This document shows, piece after piece, positions 53,301 to 64,000 of a stretch of 64,000 bases of DNA; within the stretch, counting starts at the first letter, position 1; each line of letters starts with the position of its first letter. The notes under the pieces were generated by a model. That model did not search any database, was not told where the DNA came from, and saw only the letters and a program-made list of their open reading frames with translations. The position numbers and the translations under genes were made by a program. The DNA is from Saccostrea echinata (lineage: Eukaryota), in assembly GCF_033153115.1 (NCBI RefSeq), contig NW_026889803.1, positions 55,862,001-55,926,000 of the forward strand. Reading direction: 5' to 3'.

Positions 53301-55819
53301 ACTTCTGATCCCCATAACCTTGATCTTTTGATGTCCTTGTCCCCATAAAGCTGGTTCAAGTTTCTGCAAACTAGTTATAGACTTCTTCAGAACTTTATGT
53401 TTCTTCCTAACTTACAAGCCTTTAGACCAAGAACATTTTTTTCACTTCCAATTTGTGTGACCTTGGCTTTTTTCATGACCATAATTTGAGGTTATTACAC
53501 CCTCTATTTCTAACTGATGTAAGCTACATGTAACTTTGTACTAACTATGACCTTTTGATTTTTTTGGACTAACCTGTTAATCCCTTTGTAAGGTAGGAAA
53601 CAAACTGCTTATCTCCCTTTACTCCAGTATTCAGGGCATGGATACCTCTCCAGTGAGGAAGCTGGATCAAGTAATGTTTGTACACCTCCAGTAGACTTAT
53701 TGTCACCTGTAAAACTGACACCTTTAATGTTTGTACACCTCCAGTAGACTTATTGTCACCTGTGAAAACTGGACACCTTTAATTGTACTTGGTAAACAAT
53801 TAAAAAAATACATATTTATGTTTGATAATGTTGCAAGAAAGTATGGAATCTTTCAAGGTTATCTATTTAAAAGAAATAACATGTAGATTATGTTTTATTT
53901 ATTATTCTTTTTAATTAAAATTTTAGTCATTTACATCCGAGACATCAGTTGCACTAATCTGTGTTGAATTTTTCATTCCACAGAAGATGGCTGCCTTTTC
54001 TTCATAGGTGCCCTTCAATGCATGTGAGACAAACACTTGAAACTGCTGGACTGTCACTCCTTGTTTGTGTTTCTGGTGACTATGATGATGTGTCTGAATG
54101 TGACTGATGTACTGATATAGATTCCTGCTTAACTCCTTGTTCAAAGGCACAAGTCCTTCCTGTTTCAAAAGTTTCATAAAATATGTGAGCAGCAGTCAGT
54201 TTGGCTTTCTTTTTTTTTTAATATTCATTAATTCTACAATCATTGGATAAAATTAATGAATTAAAAACATGACCAAGTCATTTCACTTATAAACATTGCT
54301 AGAAATTTGAGGATGAAAATCTTAATAATTTCTTATCCTTTAAAAATTAGGACCCTAGCTACCACTGTCAATTGCTACATTTTTGCGTCATAATTTTCAC
54401 ACAAAAGAATTGGTGGAAAATTTCCCAACATACATTTATGAACATTTTGGCACCAGGTTGCTAGTTTTGTTTATTTTTGGTAAACATTTGTCACAATTAT
54501 TCACTTAAAAACTTTCACTAGAAAATAAACTTTCATTGTGGACTTGAAATTTATTTCTAATTTCTGCTGCTCTGAGGCTATAAGTAAACAAACCTACATT
54601 TCTGATGGGCTGTGTTTCTATACAAATGGATCAACATGTTTTGAAATGTTTAACAACGAAAGTTTTTGTTAAATAGAGTGTATGTCTTCTAGGAACATAA
54701 AATGAATAAACAATGTCTTGAAGCATAGCATGTCCATGATAGATACCAGTATATTTCTGATAAGAATTCAGCAAACAATATATGAGCACTGGTTTTTGCC
54801 TCTAAAACTAAATACATTAACTTCACAGCAACTTTTTTGTTATTTTAAGATTAAAGTGTCTGAAACCTGCATCAAACGTCAAAGTCCTAGCGTCAAATTT
54901 CATAATACATTCATAAAGATCTCTTCACAAGTAATGTACATGTGAAAAAAAATGTGAAACCCCTGTCTCTTCCCGTGCAAAAGTTACGGCCAAAGCTTAT
55001 ATTTTTCATAAGTATTAAGGTCAAACTTCTAGGTCAAGGTCATGAAGTCAAAAATCAAATTTCTTTCTGAAAGGCGTAGTCACAGGTAATAGTCACTGGT
55101 AATGTACATGTCAAATATAAACAACCTGTCTTCTCTCATTCAAAAGTTATCACCAATGTTAGGAAACTACTCTGCCATCCCCAGCTTCCAACCAGATTAA
55201 TCATAATTGATATCAAAATATGTCTTTCTGTCTATTCAACCATCAATGACTGATTACCTATGGGGTGTCCACATTGTGGCTTAAACCTACAACCCCAGAC
55301 TTAAAATCCAATGCTCTACCCACTGAGCTAAAGGATTAAACCCATCGCATGGCTAGTTCTAGCAGGAACATGGCCTCACTATAAACAACACATATTCACT
55401 TTAACTCTGGCCTCACTATAAACAACACATATCCACTTTAACTCTGTTACACATCATATCAAAATTGAACTAAAAGAAGACAACCAACAATTTTTTTTTC
55501 AAAAAACAACAAAAATTGTGAACATGGTGAACGGAAGACGGACAGTCAGACAGAGTGATTACTATAGGGCACTCACAAAGCTTTGCAAAGACCTTAATTA
55601 TGTATACAGCATACTGTAAACAATCAAATGTCGCAAATGTGTATGCAAGAACAAATTCAGATGTTCATCACCTTCCTTTCCCTTTTAACACTGTACCCCA
55701 TTTACCTGAAAAGAATGTGTGGATTTAAACAGCTTATCGAATTTTGAATGAATACACAAGACATCCCCCTGGGTAAATAATTGCGGGGGAGCAGATTCCT
55801 TGCTTTCTGAACCTCCCAT
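50370..55819 (-). CDS. MEAK7: mTOR-associated protein MEAK7 (TLDc domain protein 1), 459 aa
   Basis: Exons 55819-55706, 54159-53935, 53706-53574, 52851-52736, 52653-52347, 51223-51105, 50897-50694 and 50531-50370 (1380 nt, open). N-terminal myristoylation motif MGGSES. TLDc motifs WRFLFS..FGDSFS, GPTLLVIRD..GHLFGG, GLGMGGQMDYFGLWID and CTTYGSPQLS. Confidence 0.92.
52971..53142. mobile_element. Tc1/mariner(pogo)-type MITE
   Basis: TA|CAGTCAAACCTCGTTATCTC...GAGATACTGAAGCTCAAGTG|TA. Confidence 0.8.
55261..55451 (-). mobile_element. tRNA-derived repeat fragment (SINE head or tRNA-containing LTR)
   Basis: The minus strand starts TGTAACA, contains a 35-bp tandem duplication, then TAGCTCAGTGGGTAGAGCA (A-box) and a degenerate B-box (GGTTTAAGCC) ending ...CACCCCA. 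Not an intact tRNA. Confidence 0.5.
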
Positions 55820-56581
55820 TCCTGATTTCTCCCGTCAGTTTCCGATGTCACGCTGACTTGTTTACGTGTTTGGAAAATGTGTCATCACGATCCCGATGGT
55901 AATCGAGTTATTTTTTTTCAATTCGAAGAAAAAATAATAACAAGATTAATGCAATGCACCAAATCGCCCGAAAAAATAAGCATTAAAGTATTGTCACAAG
56001 AGAGTCAAGAAAACCCAGGATCTCCGAAGTAGAAAATTATAAACATTTTTATCGCAAAACTACGAAAACTATGACCTTCACCCCCAGCCCACCCCAGCTT
56101 TCCCCCCGGAATCTGTACTTAGGCGGGGCCTAATTTATACGGGAAATGCTTACTATGACATCACACAAAAATATAAGTTCTTTAAATTACTATAAAATGA
56201 AATGATTTGCTATTTTAAACTGTTGAATAGCTTTATTTAAACTACATCAATACTAATTAAGTAGTGCATGCATTATTGTCGTTAGTTAAATCCCACACAG
56301 CAATATTTAAACAATTCACTGATCGCAACGCACTTGTCAATGTGACGTCATATCGTAAAATTTGACGCAGTTTGTATGCAGTGAGAGGCGGATCAAGTTA
56401 TATTTATACAATGAAAAATGTATTTTGTTATTAAATAAAATATAAATTGTAGATATATAAGAGGCCATTAACTTGGATGCGATGTCTTTTTTATGATTTT
56501 ATTCATATACTTCCCGTACATATTCCCTAGACAAGCGATACTGTCGTATATTTGTATGCAGATTCATTGAAGGGTAATAGA

Positions 56582-56919
56582 AGGGTCGTAATAAATCGAT
56601 ATATTGCAAGGGCATACCCTCAAATGAATTATGACAAGCTTTTACACATAAACTCAAGAAGTATGAAGATATTTGAAAAGTGCTGCGAACCTGTTGAAAT
56701 CTTGCAAATGAATTAATTATATCTATATTTAATGTACTTGACCAGCAAAATATTAAACATACGGACTAACAAATGTAATTTTAGCAATTAGATAGTAGAA
56801 TCTATATAGGTTCGCAGCACTTTTCACAAACTACAAAGAGTGTTGAAAATAATTATATGTTAAACTTAGATTTTTAAGTTGGTTATGTCCTTGCAATATT
56901 AGAATTTATAGATGACCTC
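56582..56919. repeat. Palindromic MITE-like element with nested inverted repeats
   Basis: ATATTGCAAGGGCATA pairs with TATGTCCTTGCAATAT, and GAAAAGTGCTGCGAACCT pairs with AGGTTCGCAGCACTTTTC. Confidence 0.6.
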
Positions 56920-57544
56920 ATTTGCTAAAATCACGTGACTGCCACATCACGTGACAAGTCTAAATAGTCCTCAACATGTAGTTTTCAACCACATTGCATT
57001 TGTCCGATAATAGTAAAGTCCTAAAAAGAAACGCCCATCCTTGTAAAGAATGTATTTTCTATCTAAAAAGTTCGCCGATGTTTCCATTTGGCACCTTAAA
57101 TGTACTGCGTTACAACGCGCTAGCGCGTTGTTCACAACACGCCGTCACACAAACGCAATTTTATTCAACACGCCGTCGCGCTAACACAAAACATTCGGTC
57201 ACGCTAACGCAACTATACACAACACGCTGTCGCGCTGACACATAATTTTATGCCACCCGACAACAAATTCACAACAAGCAAGTTTATTGGTCTGTAGAGA
57301 CGACTATGAAGGGTTAGGAGGTGGATGAATTATACAGGTTGGTTATAGAATATGTCTAGAATTTCGGAATTAATGAAAGGTCGTTGATCGACCAATGCTG
57401 GAAAGTGGCGAAATACATCCCATATTGCACTTTATCTACATTACGGGATCTGTAGCGTTATGGTCAAAGACTAAAATATAAAATCATGACACTACAGTTC
57501 TGCAGTTATTCTCTCAGTTGATTCGATACGCAAGAGAATGCTCT

Positions 57545-57900
57545 ACATACGAACAATTTCTAAAACGAGGCAAGTTAGTGACAAACAAGTTGATGAAACA
57601 ATGATATCAACAATCTCGTTTGAAGTCAAAATTTCGCAATTTCTATGGTCGATCTCATTAAGACGAATGCTGACTGAAGTTTTTCATACTAATTTGTTAG
57701 GCCATCATTTACACACCAAATTTCTATGGATTTTTCCGTTTGCCCGATCATGACAAGGAGCACACGGCGGGTGTGACCGGTTGACAGGGGATGCTTACTC
57801 CTATATGGCACTCGATCCCATGCACCTCTGATGCTTTTAGAGTTCATGCAGTGTTTGCTCTGCTCCCGATTTGTATTGTTTCAATGGACTTTTGAGCTTG
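57545..57900 (+). mobile_element. 3' fragment of the Penelope-like element seen at 19170-20535
   Basis: Shares AAACGAGGCAAG..TGACAAACAAGTTGATG and CACGGCGGGTGTGACCGGTTGACAGGGGATGCTTACTCCT with 20150-20430. Confidence 0.75.
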
Positions 57901-58187
57901 ATTACTTTCTTTATCTTCAAATTCATTGCCTCTAGAGAGGTCAGAAACCGCGCCAAACTTGTTCTTTCTAGACTTTCCGTGCAATTCTGGAACGCCTTTA
58001 CACTTTACTTAGTTAGAAATCATGCACCACTTTCGTGGCTTTCGACATCGGGTTCGGTGCCATATGACGCTAAAGAAATTTCCTTCAAGACTAAGATCGG
58101 GGACTGACGAAAACAATTTGCACATTTTGTTTTTTAATCACAACTTATTTCTTCTGTATCACTTAAACAAGTTTTTAGTGAAAAGTT

Positions 58188-58506
58188 CAGGCCCGTAGGC
58201 AACGGTTTTAAATGTGGAAGGGGGGTGCAACCTCCGAAAAAATCTGACAAGAAAAAAAACTTGTCTGTCCATACTTGAAAATCCTATTTCGTGTGGTTTT
58301 TGGGTTGGTTGGGGGTTGTACCTTTCTCTTACTTTTTCGTACATTTTTTCTAATCCTGGATTTTGCTAGTCCTCGACCTTACAGAAACAAAAAGTGGTGG
58401 TGGTGATGGTGGCGGGAGGCGGGGGCATCTAAATGAAACTTTACTATAGCAAAGTACTATACTCCGAAAAAAGTGGGGAGAGTTCTACCCGCGTTCTACG
58501 GGCCTG
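58188..58506. mobile_element. MITE with CAGGCCCGTAG TIRs
   Basis: CAGGCCCGTAG ... CTACGGGCCTG, with flanks AAGTT/TAGTT (imperfect 5-bp TSD). Confidence 0.7.
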
Positions 58507-58753
58507 TAGTTCACTAATGACGTTTTGTCAAATAATTAAACGATTGCTTGTTGTCAGTTTCATTAAAAATTGCAAGTAACTTTGATCCGCTAACTGTAAC
58601 TACCACCTTACTTTCTCTTTTGCTATTTCACGGCTGTTTATAGAAAACGAATTAAAATTCGAATGAATTCTAAATTTAGTTTTTGTTTTTTGTTTCTCTG
58701 TTTCTTTTTGTTTCTCTGTTTCCTTTGTTTTTATGACTTTTTAACGTTTTTCT

Positions 58754-58794
58754 TTGTCCTGAGGAAGGGACAGGTCGTCCCGAAAATTTGACAA
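58754..58794 (+). ncRNA. Minimal type I hammerhead ribozyme motif (Penelope-like-element type)
   Basis: Stem I TTGTC/GACAA, core CTGAGGA(A), stem II GGGAC-AGGTC-GTCCC, GAAA, palindromic mini helix III AATT, and cleavage triplet UUU. Confidence 0.7.
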
Positions 58795-58911
58795 TTTTTA
58801 TTGTTCGTGTCGTTGGTCATTTTTAGTGCTTTATATGAATTTCCATCTGTGACCTTGTATCTACTTAGTAGATCCGACACTTAGGATATACAGTGTTGCT
58901 GGTTTTTACTG

Positions 58912-58913
<2 letters not shown>

Positions 58914-58953
<40 letters not shown>
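58914..58953. repeat. (TA)n microsatellite
   Basis: About 20 TA units between the hammerhead-containing repeat and a Helentron start. Confidence 0.95.
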
Positions 58954-58957
<4 letters not shown>

Positions 58958-58971
58958 TAAATGCGTAATAT

Positions 58972-60120
58972 AACAAGATGTGTTTACGAAGCACTGATGT
59001 CCCTATATGACTGCTCATGGCGAAGGTTAAAGTTCTCAAATTCAAGTCAAACTCCAAGGTCAAGGTCAAAAGATCAAAATGTTGGCACCCAAAGAAAGGT
59101 CTTGTCGCAAGGAATACACCTGTGAAATATAAAAGCTCTAACACCAACCGCTCAAAAGTTATGCCCAATGTTTTTCAAATGTAGGTCAAACTCAAAGGTC
59201 AAGGTCAAAATTAATGGTACTTAAGGAAAGGTCTTGTCACAAGGAATATGCATGTGAAATACGAAAGCCCTAGCAACAACTGTTCAAAAGTTATGGTCCA
59301 CTGTTAAAAAGGTTAACAAAATTTCAAAAGTAGGTCACACTCAAAGGTCAAGGTCAAAGGGTCAAAATGGGTGATACCCTAGGGATCGAAGGTCTTGTCA
59401 CAAGGAATGCACATGTGAAATATGAAAGTCTTAGAACTAATCGTTTAAATGTTATGGAGGTTGAAGTTTTCAAACAGTTAAGTCAAACTCAAAGTTCAAG
59501 GAAAAAGGGTAAAAATTTTGGTCAAAAGGGAAGGTCTTGTCACATGGAATACATCTACGAAATATGAAAGCCCTAGTAACAACTGTCCAAAAGTTATGGC
59601 CAAGGTTTAAGTTTTTCAAAAGTCGGTCAGACTCCAAGTCAAGGTCAAAAGGTCAAAATTGTTGGTACAGAAGGGAAGATCTTGTCACAAGGAATACGCA
59701 TGTATAATATGAAAGCCCTGGCTCCAACCATTCAAAACTTATTGCCAAGGTTAAAGTTTTTTAAGTAGGTCAAACTCCAAGGTCAAAAGGTTAAAAAATA
59801 TTTGTACCCCAGAAAAAATCTTATCAAAAGGAATACACAAGTGAAATATGAATTAAAGCCCTAGTTCCAACCGTTGAAAAGTTATGACCAAGGTTAAGTT
59901 TGGTAAAATTTGGCAAAAGTGGGTCAAACTCCAAGGTCACATATGTTGGTGCCCAAAGAAAGGCTTTGTCACAAGGAATACACATGTGAAATATGAAAGC
60001 AATAGCTCCAACCAATCAAAAGTTATGGGCAAAGTGAAAGTTTTTGCGGACAGACAGACAGAGTGACAGACAGAGCAAGAACTATATGCCACCGAATCTT
60101 CGATTATGGGGCCATAAAAA
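58972..60120 (+). mobile_element. Non-autonomous Helentron-like element with ~115-130 bp GGTCAAGGTCA-rich tandem units
   Basis: Start AACAAGATGTGTTT, repeated GGTCTTGTCACAAGGAATACACATGTGAAATATGAAAGC units, a (GACA)n tract, and terminal hairpin ATGCCACCGAATCTTCGATTATGGGGCCATAAAA. Confidence 0.8.
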
Positions 60121-60707
60121 TCTAATGAAACATGTCAAGAAAAGTCAGATAAAAGTCTATAGTAAATGTCAAGAAATGTCAATCTGTGCACGTTTTTCCA
60201 CTGGCGGGTTTAAAGGGGGGGGGGGGGGTGGCACGCCAATTAATAAAACCTTGCGAAAAATTGTTCTATTACAATTTATTTGGACATTCTGTTATAATTT
60301 TTTTTTTAACACTGCAAACACCCCCAACCCCCTACACACACACAGATGATCTCCGTCCCTGTTTTATCATGTTTATAAAAAGGATGGGATATGGGTTCCT
60401 TTGAAATCTTTTCTAATCTTTAAATTCCTATAGGCCTATTCATAGATTTATAAATAATTTAAATCTTTCGCTGGTTATCACGTGCATGGGTATATTGTCA
60501 GGTTGATTTTTTTTATTTTTACGGCTTATTAGCAATGAATAAGGTGACCGAAGCCAGCTGATTTTACGTTATCAGATATTTTTAGATCATTCACGCAAGG
60601 AATTCCCACAAGGACTTCCTTGACATTCGGAACACACTTTGGAATTTCCAATGAGGCAGCCATGTTTTAGCTAAGCCTAAATAGAAAGTATTTTGTTAAA
60701 TATTGAT

Positions 60708-61163
60708 ATGTCCGACCAAAATGACAACGTTTACTATATTCTTCTTGCTGATAAAATAGGAAAGAAGAAAGAGAGAGGAATACTACGAACGACATCTTCA
60801 AAAGTTGACGTGTTACCCGGAACTCTCTTGCTGTTGGTGGAGGAGCGCTACGATAAACAGAGAACCACCCTCTCGTGGATATTAGAAACACTTGAACCAG
60901 AGAACATTGAAATTGAATGTCAGCCCACGGACACTGGTCAGCTAACTAAAATAGAATTTGCCTTACTACAGCCCATCCCTGTCTGTCAAGAACGTCTGTC
61001 TATATTCCAGGATCAGGAATGGTTGAAGGAAGGGGCGCAACTTCAAGTAGAGGACCCAGTCACTGTGGCTGTCAAAGGACAACCATATCTAAAAGGAATC
61101 ATCAAGTACAAGGGCGAGCTACCGGGGGTGAAAGGAATTCAGTTTGGGATTGAATTATTAGGG
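60708..61163 (+). CDS. CYLD: CYLD-like deubiquitinase, first coding exon (N-terminus and start of a CAP-Gly domain); no further exon recognised in the window
   Basis: 152-codon exon ending GGG|GTATGT. LLQPIPVCQERLSIF...LQVEDPVTV...GIIKYKGEL..GIQFGIELL resembles the segment leading into the first CAP-Gly domain of CYLD. The USP domain is not in view, so orthology is unconfirmed. Confidence 0.7.
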
Positions 61164-61295
61164 GTATGTGCATGTGTAAATTAGGTGTAACTTGATTCCT
61201 AGAAAAATGTTTGATTTTGAATTCAATGACTTGAAATTGCTCTTGTTGTGTTAATTAAAAAAAAAATTCGATCAGGGTAACATATTTCAATCAGG

Positions 61296-63687
61296 TGTGG
61301 CAGTCAGATGGGTTCAATCGCCGGTGGCCAGATAGCTCGGTAGAGCAACTGACTAGAAATTTGGGGAGGGGGGGGGGGGACCTGGGTTCAAATCCCGGTC
61401 TGGTCCGTCACATTTTTCTCCTCTCCTGTTACATTTGGTGCCATGCCATGTCTTGGAAGTGACATGTGAAAGACCTTTCAGGGAAGAGCCTGGGGCCCGT
61501 TTCATCAAAAGTCGTAAATTTAAGACCTAACTTGGGTGTACTTCCAGGGCTTACGCCAAAATTTAGTCGGGCGTAATTTGCATTTCACGAAGTAGCGTAA
61601 GACTAGTCGTAAACAATACGCTTAGTCTCAGGACTAAGCCCTTGACAACACTGCAATGCACATGCGCAAAAAACATGAACGTCCGCATTGTCTACAATTC
61701 AACATATAGTGTTGTTCTACATACATTGCACACAATACGGTCATATGTACATTAGCTTAAATGAAAAATTACATGAACTTTTAGGGACCTTATAAAAAAC
61801 ATGCATTTTAAATCTACTTATTATAAAATATTAACTACTTACAACATACCATGTATGATTAAACTCCAAAATTAAAGGTCTAAGAAACGAAATAAATGTT
61901 CTTGTAAATGTATTAATATTTATTTTGGAATATTTGCCCCCCCCCCCCCCCCCCACGATTTTGATACAGAGAGAGAGAGATTCTGTTACAATTGTATATA
62001 CTTGTAAATATATGTAACTGGGCATATGATTAAGAATCGATAAAATAATACAAATATGCATCATCAGGAAAAAATAAAGACTTTTTTTTTATTTCTTCTA
62101 TGACATTACCTTGTACAGCTGTACACCATTCCGTTTGTTCCTAAAAATTGTAGTATTTCTTTTTTTAAAATGCGGATTCTTTTTATTTTTCCCGATAAAG
62201 AAAGGCAAGTACCATGGATATTCATTTTGACATTTTCAGAAATTTATCATTCATTGTTTCAACATGAATATATTGTCCTACATGGGAGTAATAATTGTAA
62301 AATTACAGTCAAAGCTGATTCTCAGAATCTACCGAGTGACTTTGTTGTCCCTTGTCCCTTAGGTAAAATCCTCTCTAATTTGTATTCAATATCAGGAAAA
62401 AGTGACTTTCAAGCAACTGGAATCTTTTTCGTCTTTTGAACGTTAACAACTTTTTCTGGAGGCAGGTGCGGGTCCGTGATTTTTTTGGAAGGAGAGGGGG
62501 GAGGGAGCACTGTCATCAGTAACCAAAAATTCCATCTGAAAATCTGAAAAACTTATTGACAAGCTAAATATCGTAATTTTCTTTCCCAAACCCGAAAATA
62601 TTATTGCGGGGGGGGGGGGGGGGCTCCCTTCAATTCCTAAACTTCATAAATATGCCTGGTCTTCCTACCAACGTACTAACTGAAAACTTAAACAGTGGTC
62701 CAAGGTCGTTTCATTTCACACTTACATTATCTTCGATTTGTACGTATATAAATAACTCCGCAAATTGCCGCGAAGAGGACTGGACCCTAGCTCCCTGAAC
62801 CCCCTCTTAATCCATGCGTGTAAACGTGGACTAAATAAGATATGGAGTTTTCAAGCATGATAATTTTTTTAAAAATCCTACTTGGTTTTAAGATAAGTTA
62901 ATAAATTGGGTTTTTTTTTAATTATACGTATTAACCATGCAAAGCTATAGAAGATAACTGTGCTTTTGTGGTAAAATAACTTTTTTCCAAAAAAAAAAAT
63001 AAATATATGTTGGGAAAAGTAGCTTTTTTTTCAAAATAAACATTTTTAGGTTACTTTTCAGTGAATGACACAAAATGTTTACCGTGTAGTGGATTTACAA
63101 TACATCCTCATACTCAAAATACAACAATCAAATGCGTATATATGCAGGGTTGTCAAAACTTAAGAGATAGTGTTAAAATGAATCCCTATCTTTTACGAAG
63201 ATATTTATTAAAGTAATTATGTAAATATTGGATGTCAACTACTTCCCCGAGTGGGTGTACCCCCTCCCCCATTTCCACTCCCCGAAATCTTCATAGTTTG
63301 TGATATTAAATTATGCTTCATTTGTATTAAAAAGACTTCTTAGAACCGTAATTCTCCTTAAAGAATTGCTAAATCGTTTTCAAATCAGTAAAGTCGCTTT
63401 ATTTTATGTTTACATCCGAACTTACGCCTACCCATGAGTAGCCGTAAAATTTTGGCCTAACTTTAGTCCAGTGTAAAGTTACGCTATTTAATGAAACACA
63501 AATCTTTGTGCCAGTCCCGACTTTATGCTGGCATAGCGCTACGACTGGGCGTACGGCCTTTGATGAAACGGGCCCCTGGGTTGGTGTCTTGGGGGGCTGA
63601 AGACCTTTAAGGAGGGAGGTTCGATCGCTGGTGGCCAGATAGCTCAGCTGGTAGAGCACCTGACTAGAGATTCAGGGGGCCTGGGTT
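61296..63687 (+). mobile_element. Miniature non-autonomous LTR element with tRNA-like LTRs (Helenus-type TRIM), interrupted by a DNA transposon
   Basis: LTR1 61296-61433 (TGT...TTACA) contains A-box and B-box-like motifs. PBS-like TTTGGTGCC follows at 61434. Purine tract AAGGAGGGAG lies at ~63609. A partial LTR2 at ~63619-63687 repeats GGTTCGATCGC.GGTGGCCAGATAGCTC...GGTAGAGCA.CTGACTAGA. Confidence 0.7.
61493..63575. mobile_element. PIF/Harbinger-type non-autonomous DNA transposon, 3-bp TSD (CTG)
   Basis: TIR GGGCCCGTTTCATCAAA / TTTGATGAAACGGGCCC, with CTG at 61490-61492 and 63576-63578. Confidence 0.85.
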
Positions 63688-63709
63688 GGAATTAAATGAG
63701 GAAGGCAAG

Positions 63710-63853
63710 TACCAAGGATTCACTAAGTCTGGGTGGTGCAGGAATGTTTTAGTCAATTACCAAGGATTCACTAAGTCTGGGTGGTGCAGGAATGTTTCAG
63801 TCAATTACCAAGTACTACTAAGTCTGGGTGGTGCAGGAATGTTTCAGTCAATT
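63710..63853. repeat. Minisatellite, 3 x ~48 bp
   Basis: TACCAAGGATTCACTAAGTCTGGGTGGTGCAGGAATGTTT(T/C)AGTCAAT occurs three times, with minor changes in the third copy. Confidence 0.92.
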
Positions 63854-64000
63854 ATGAAGGAATACCGTTGTTTTGCCTCGATTTAGGATGTATATATGTT
63901 TTCATCTGGAACAAATGATTAAAAATCCCTACCTTACTTTCTTTGAAAAATATTTTCATATATTGATTTAAGGAATAACTGTCTTATTTTTTGGATTCAT

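Noticed and set aside
61325-61410. Functional tRNA genes here and at 63632-63687 and 55261-55335
   Set aside because: The cloverleafs are broken or truncated (poly-G insertion, missing 3' arm, degenerate B-box) and embedded in repeat structures.

Overview
AT-rich, intron-containing animal genomic DNA, almost certainly an oyster or close bivalve relative, judged from the ~166-bp satellite arrays carried inside non-autonomous Helentrons. Reading splice sites by hand supports seven protein-coding genes: the 5' part of GMDS (-, exons 1-3, missed by the ORF track); an uncharacterised 5-exon gene (+, 364 aa) fusing two tandem SAM domains to a retropepsin-like (clan AA, DTG) aspartic protease; NPEPL1 (-, 12 coding exons, 520 aa); gigaxonin/GAN (+, 5 coding exons, 626 aa); an intronless AP-2 family transcription factor (-, 443 aa); MEAK7/TLDC1 (-, 8 exons, 459 aa); and the first coding exon of a CYLD-like deubiquitinase (+). 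Introns and intergenic DNA hold many transposon relics: satellite-bearing Helentrons, hAT-like MITEs with 5- and 8-bp target-site duplications (TSDs), CACTA/CACTG-ended elements, Tc1/mariner-type MITEs, a Harbinger-type element, Penelope-like RT relics, a tRNA-containing mini-LTR element and a minimal hammerhead ribozyme. The best candidate for an undescribed system is the SAM-SAM-aspartic protease gene, a possible oligomerisation-activated signalling protease that sits head-to-head with GMDS. All calls come from manual reading and recalled family motifs; no database searches were run.
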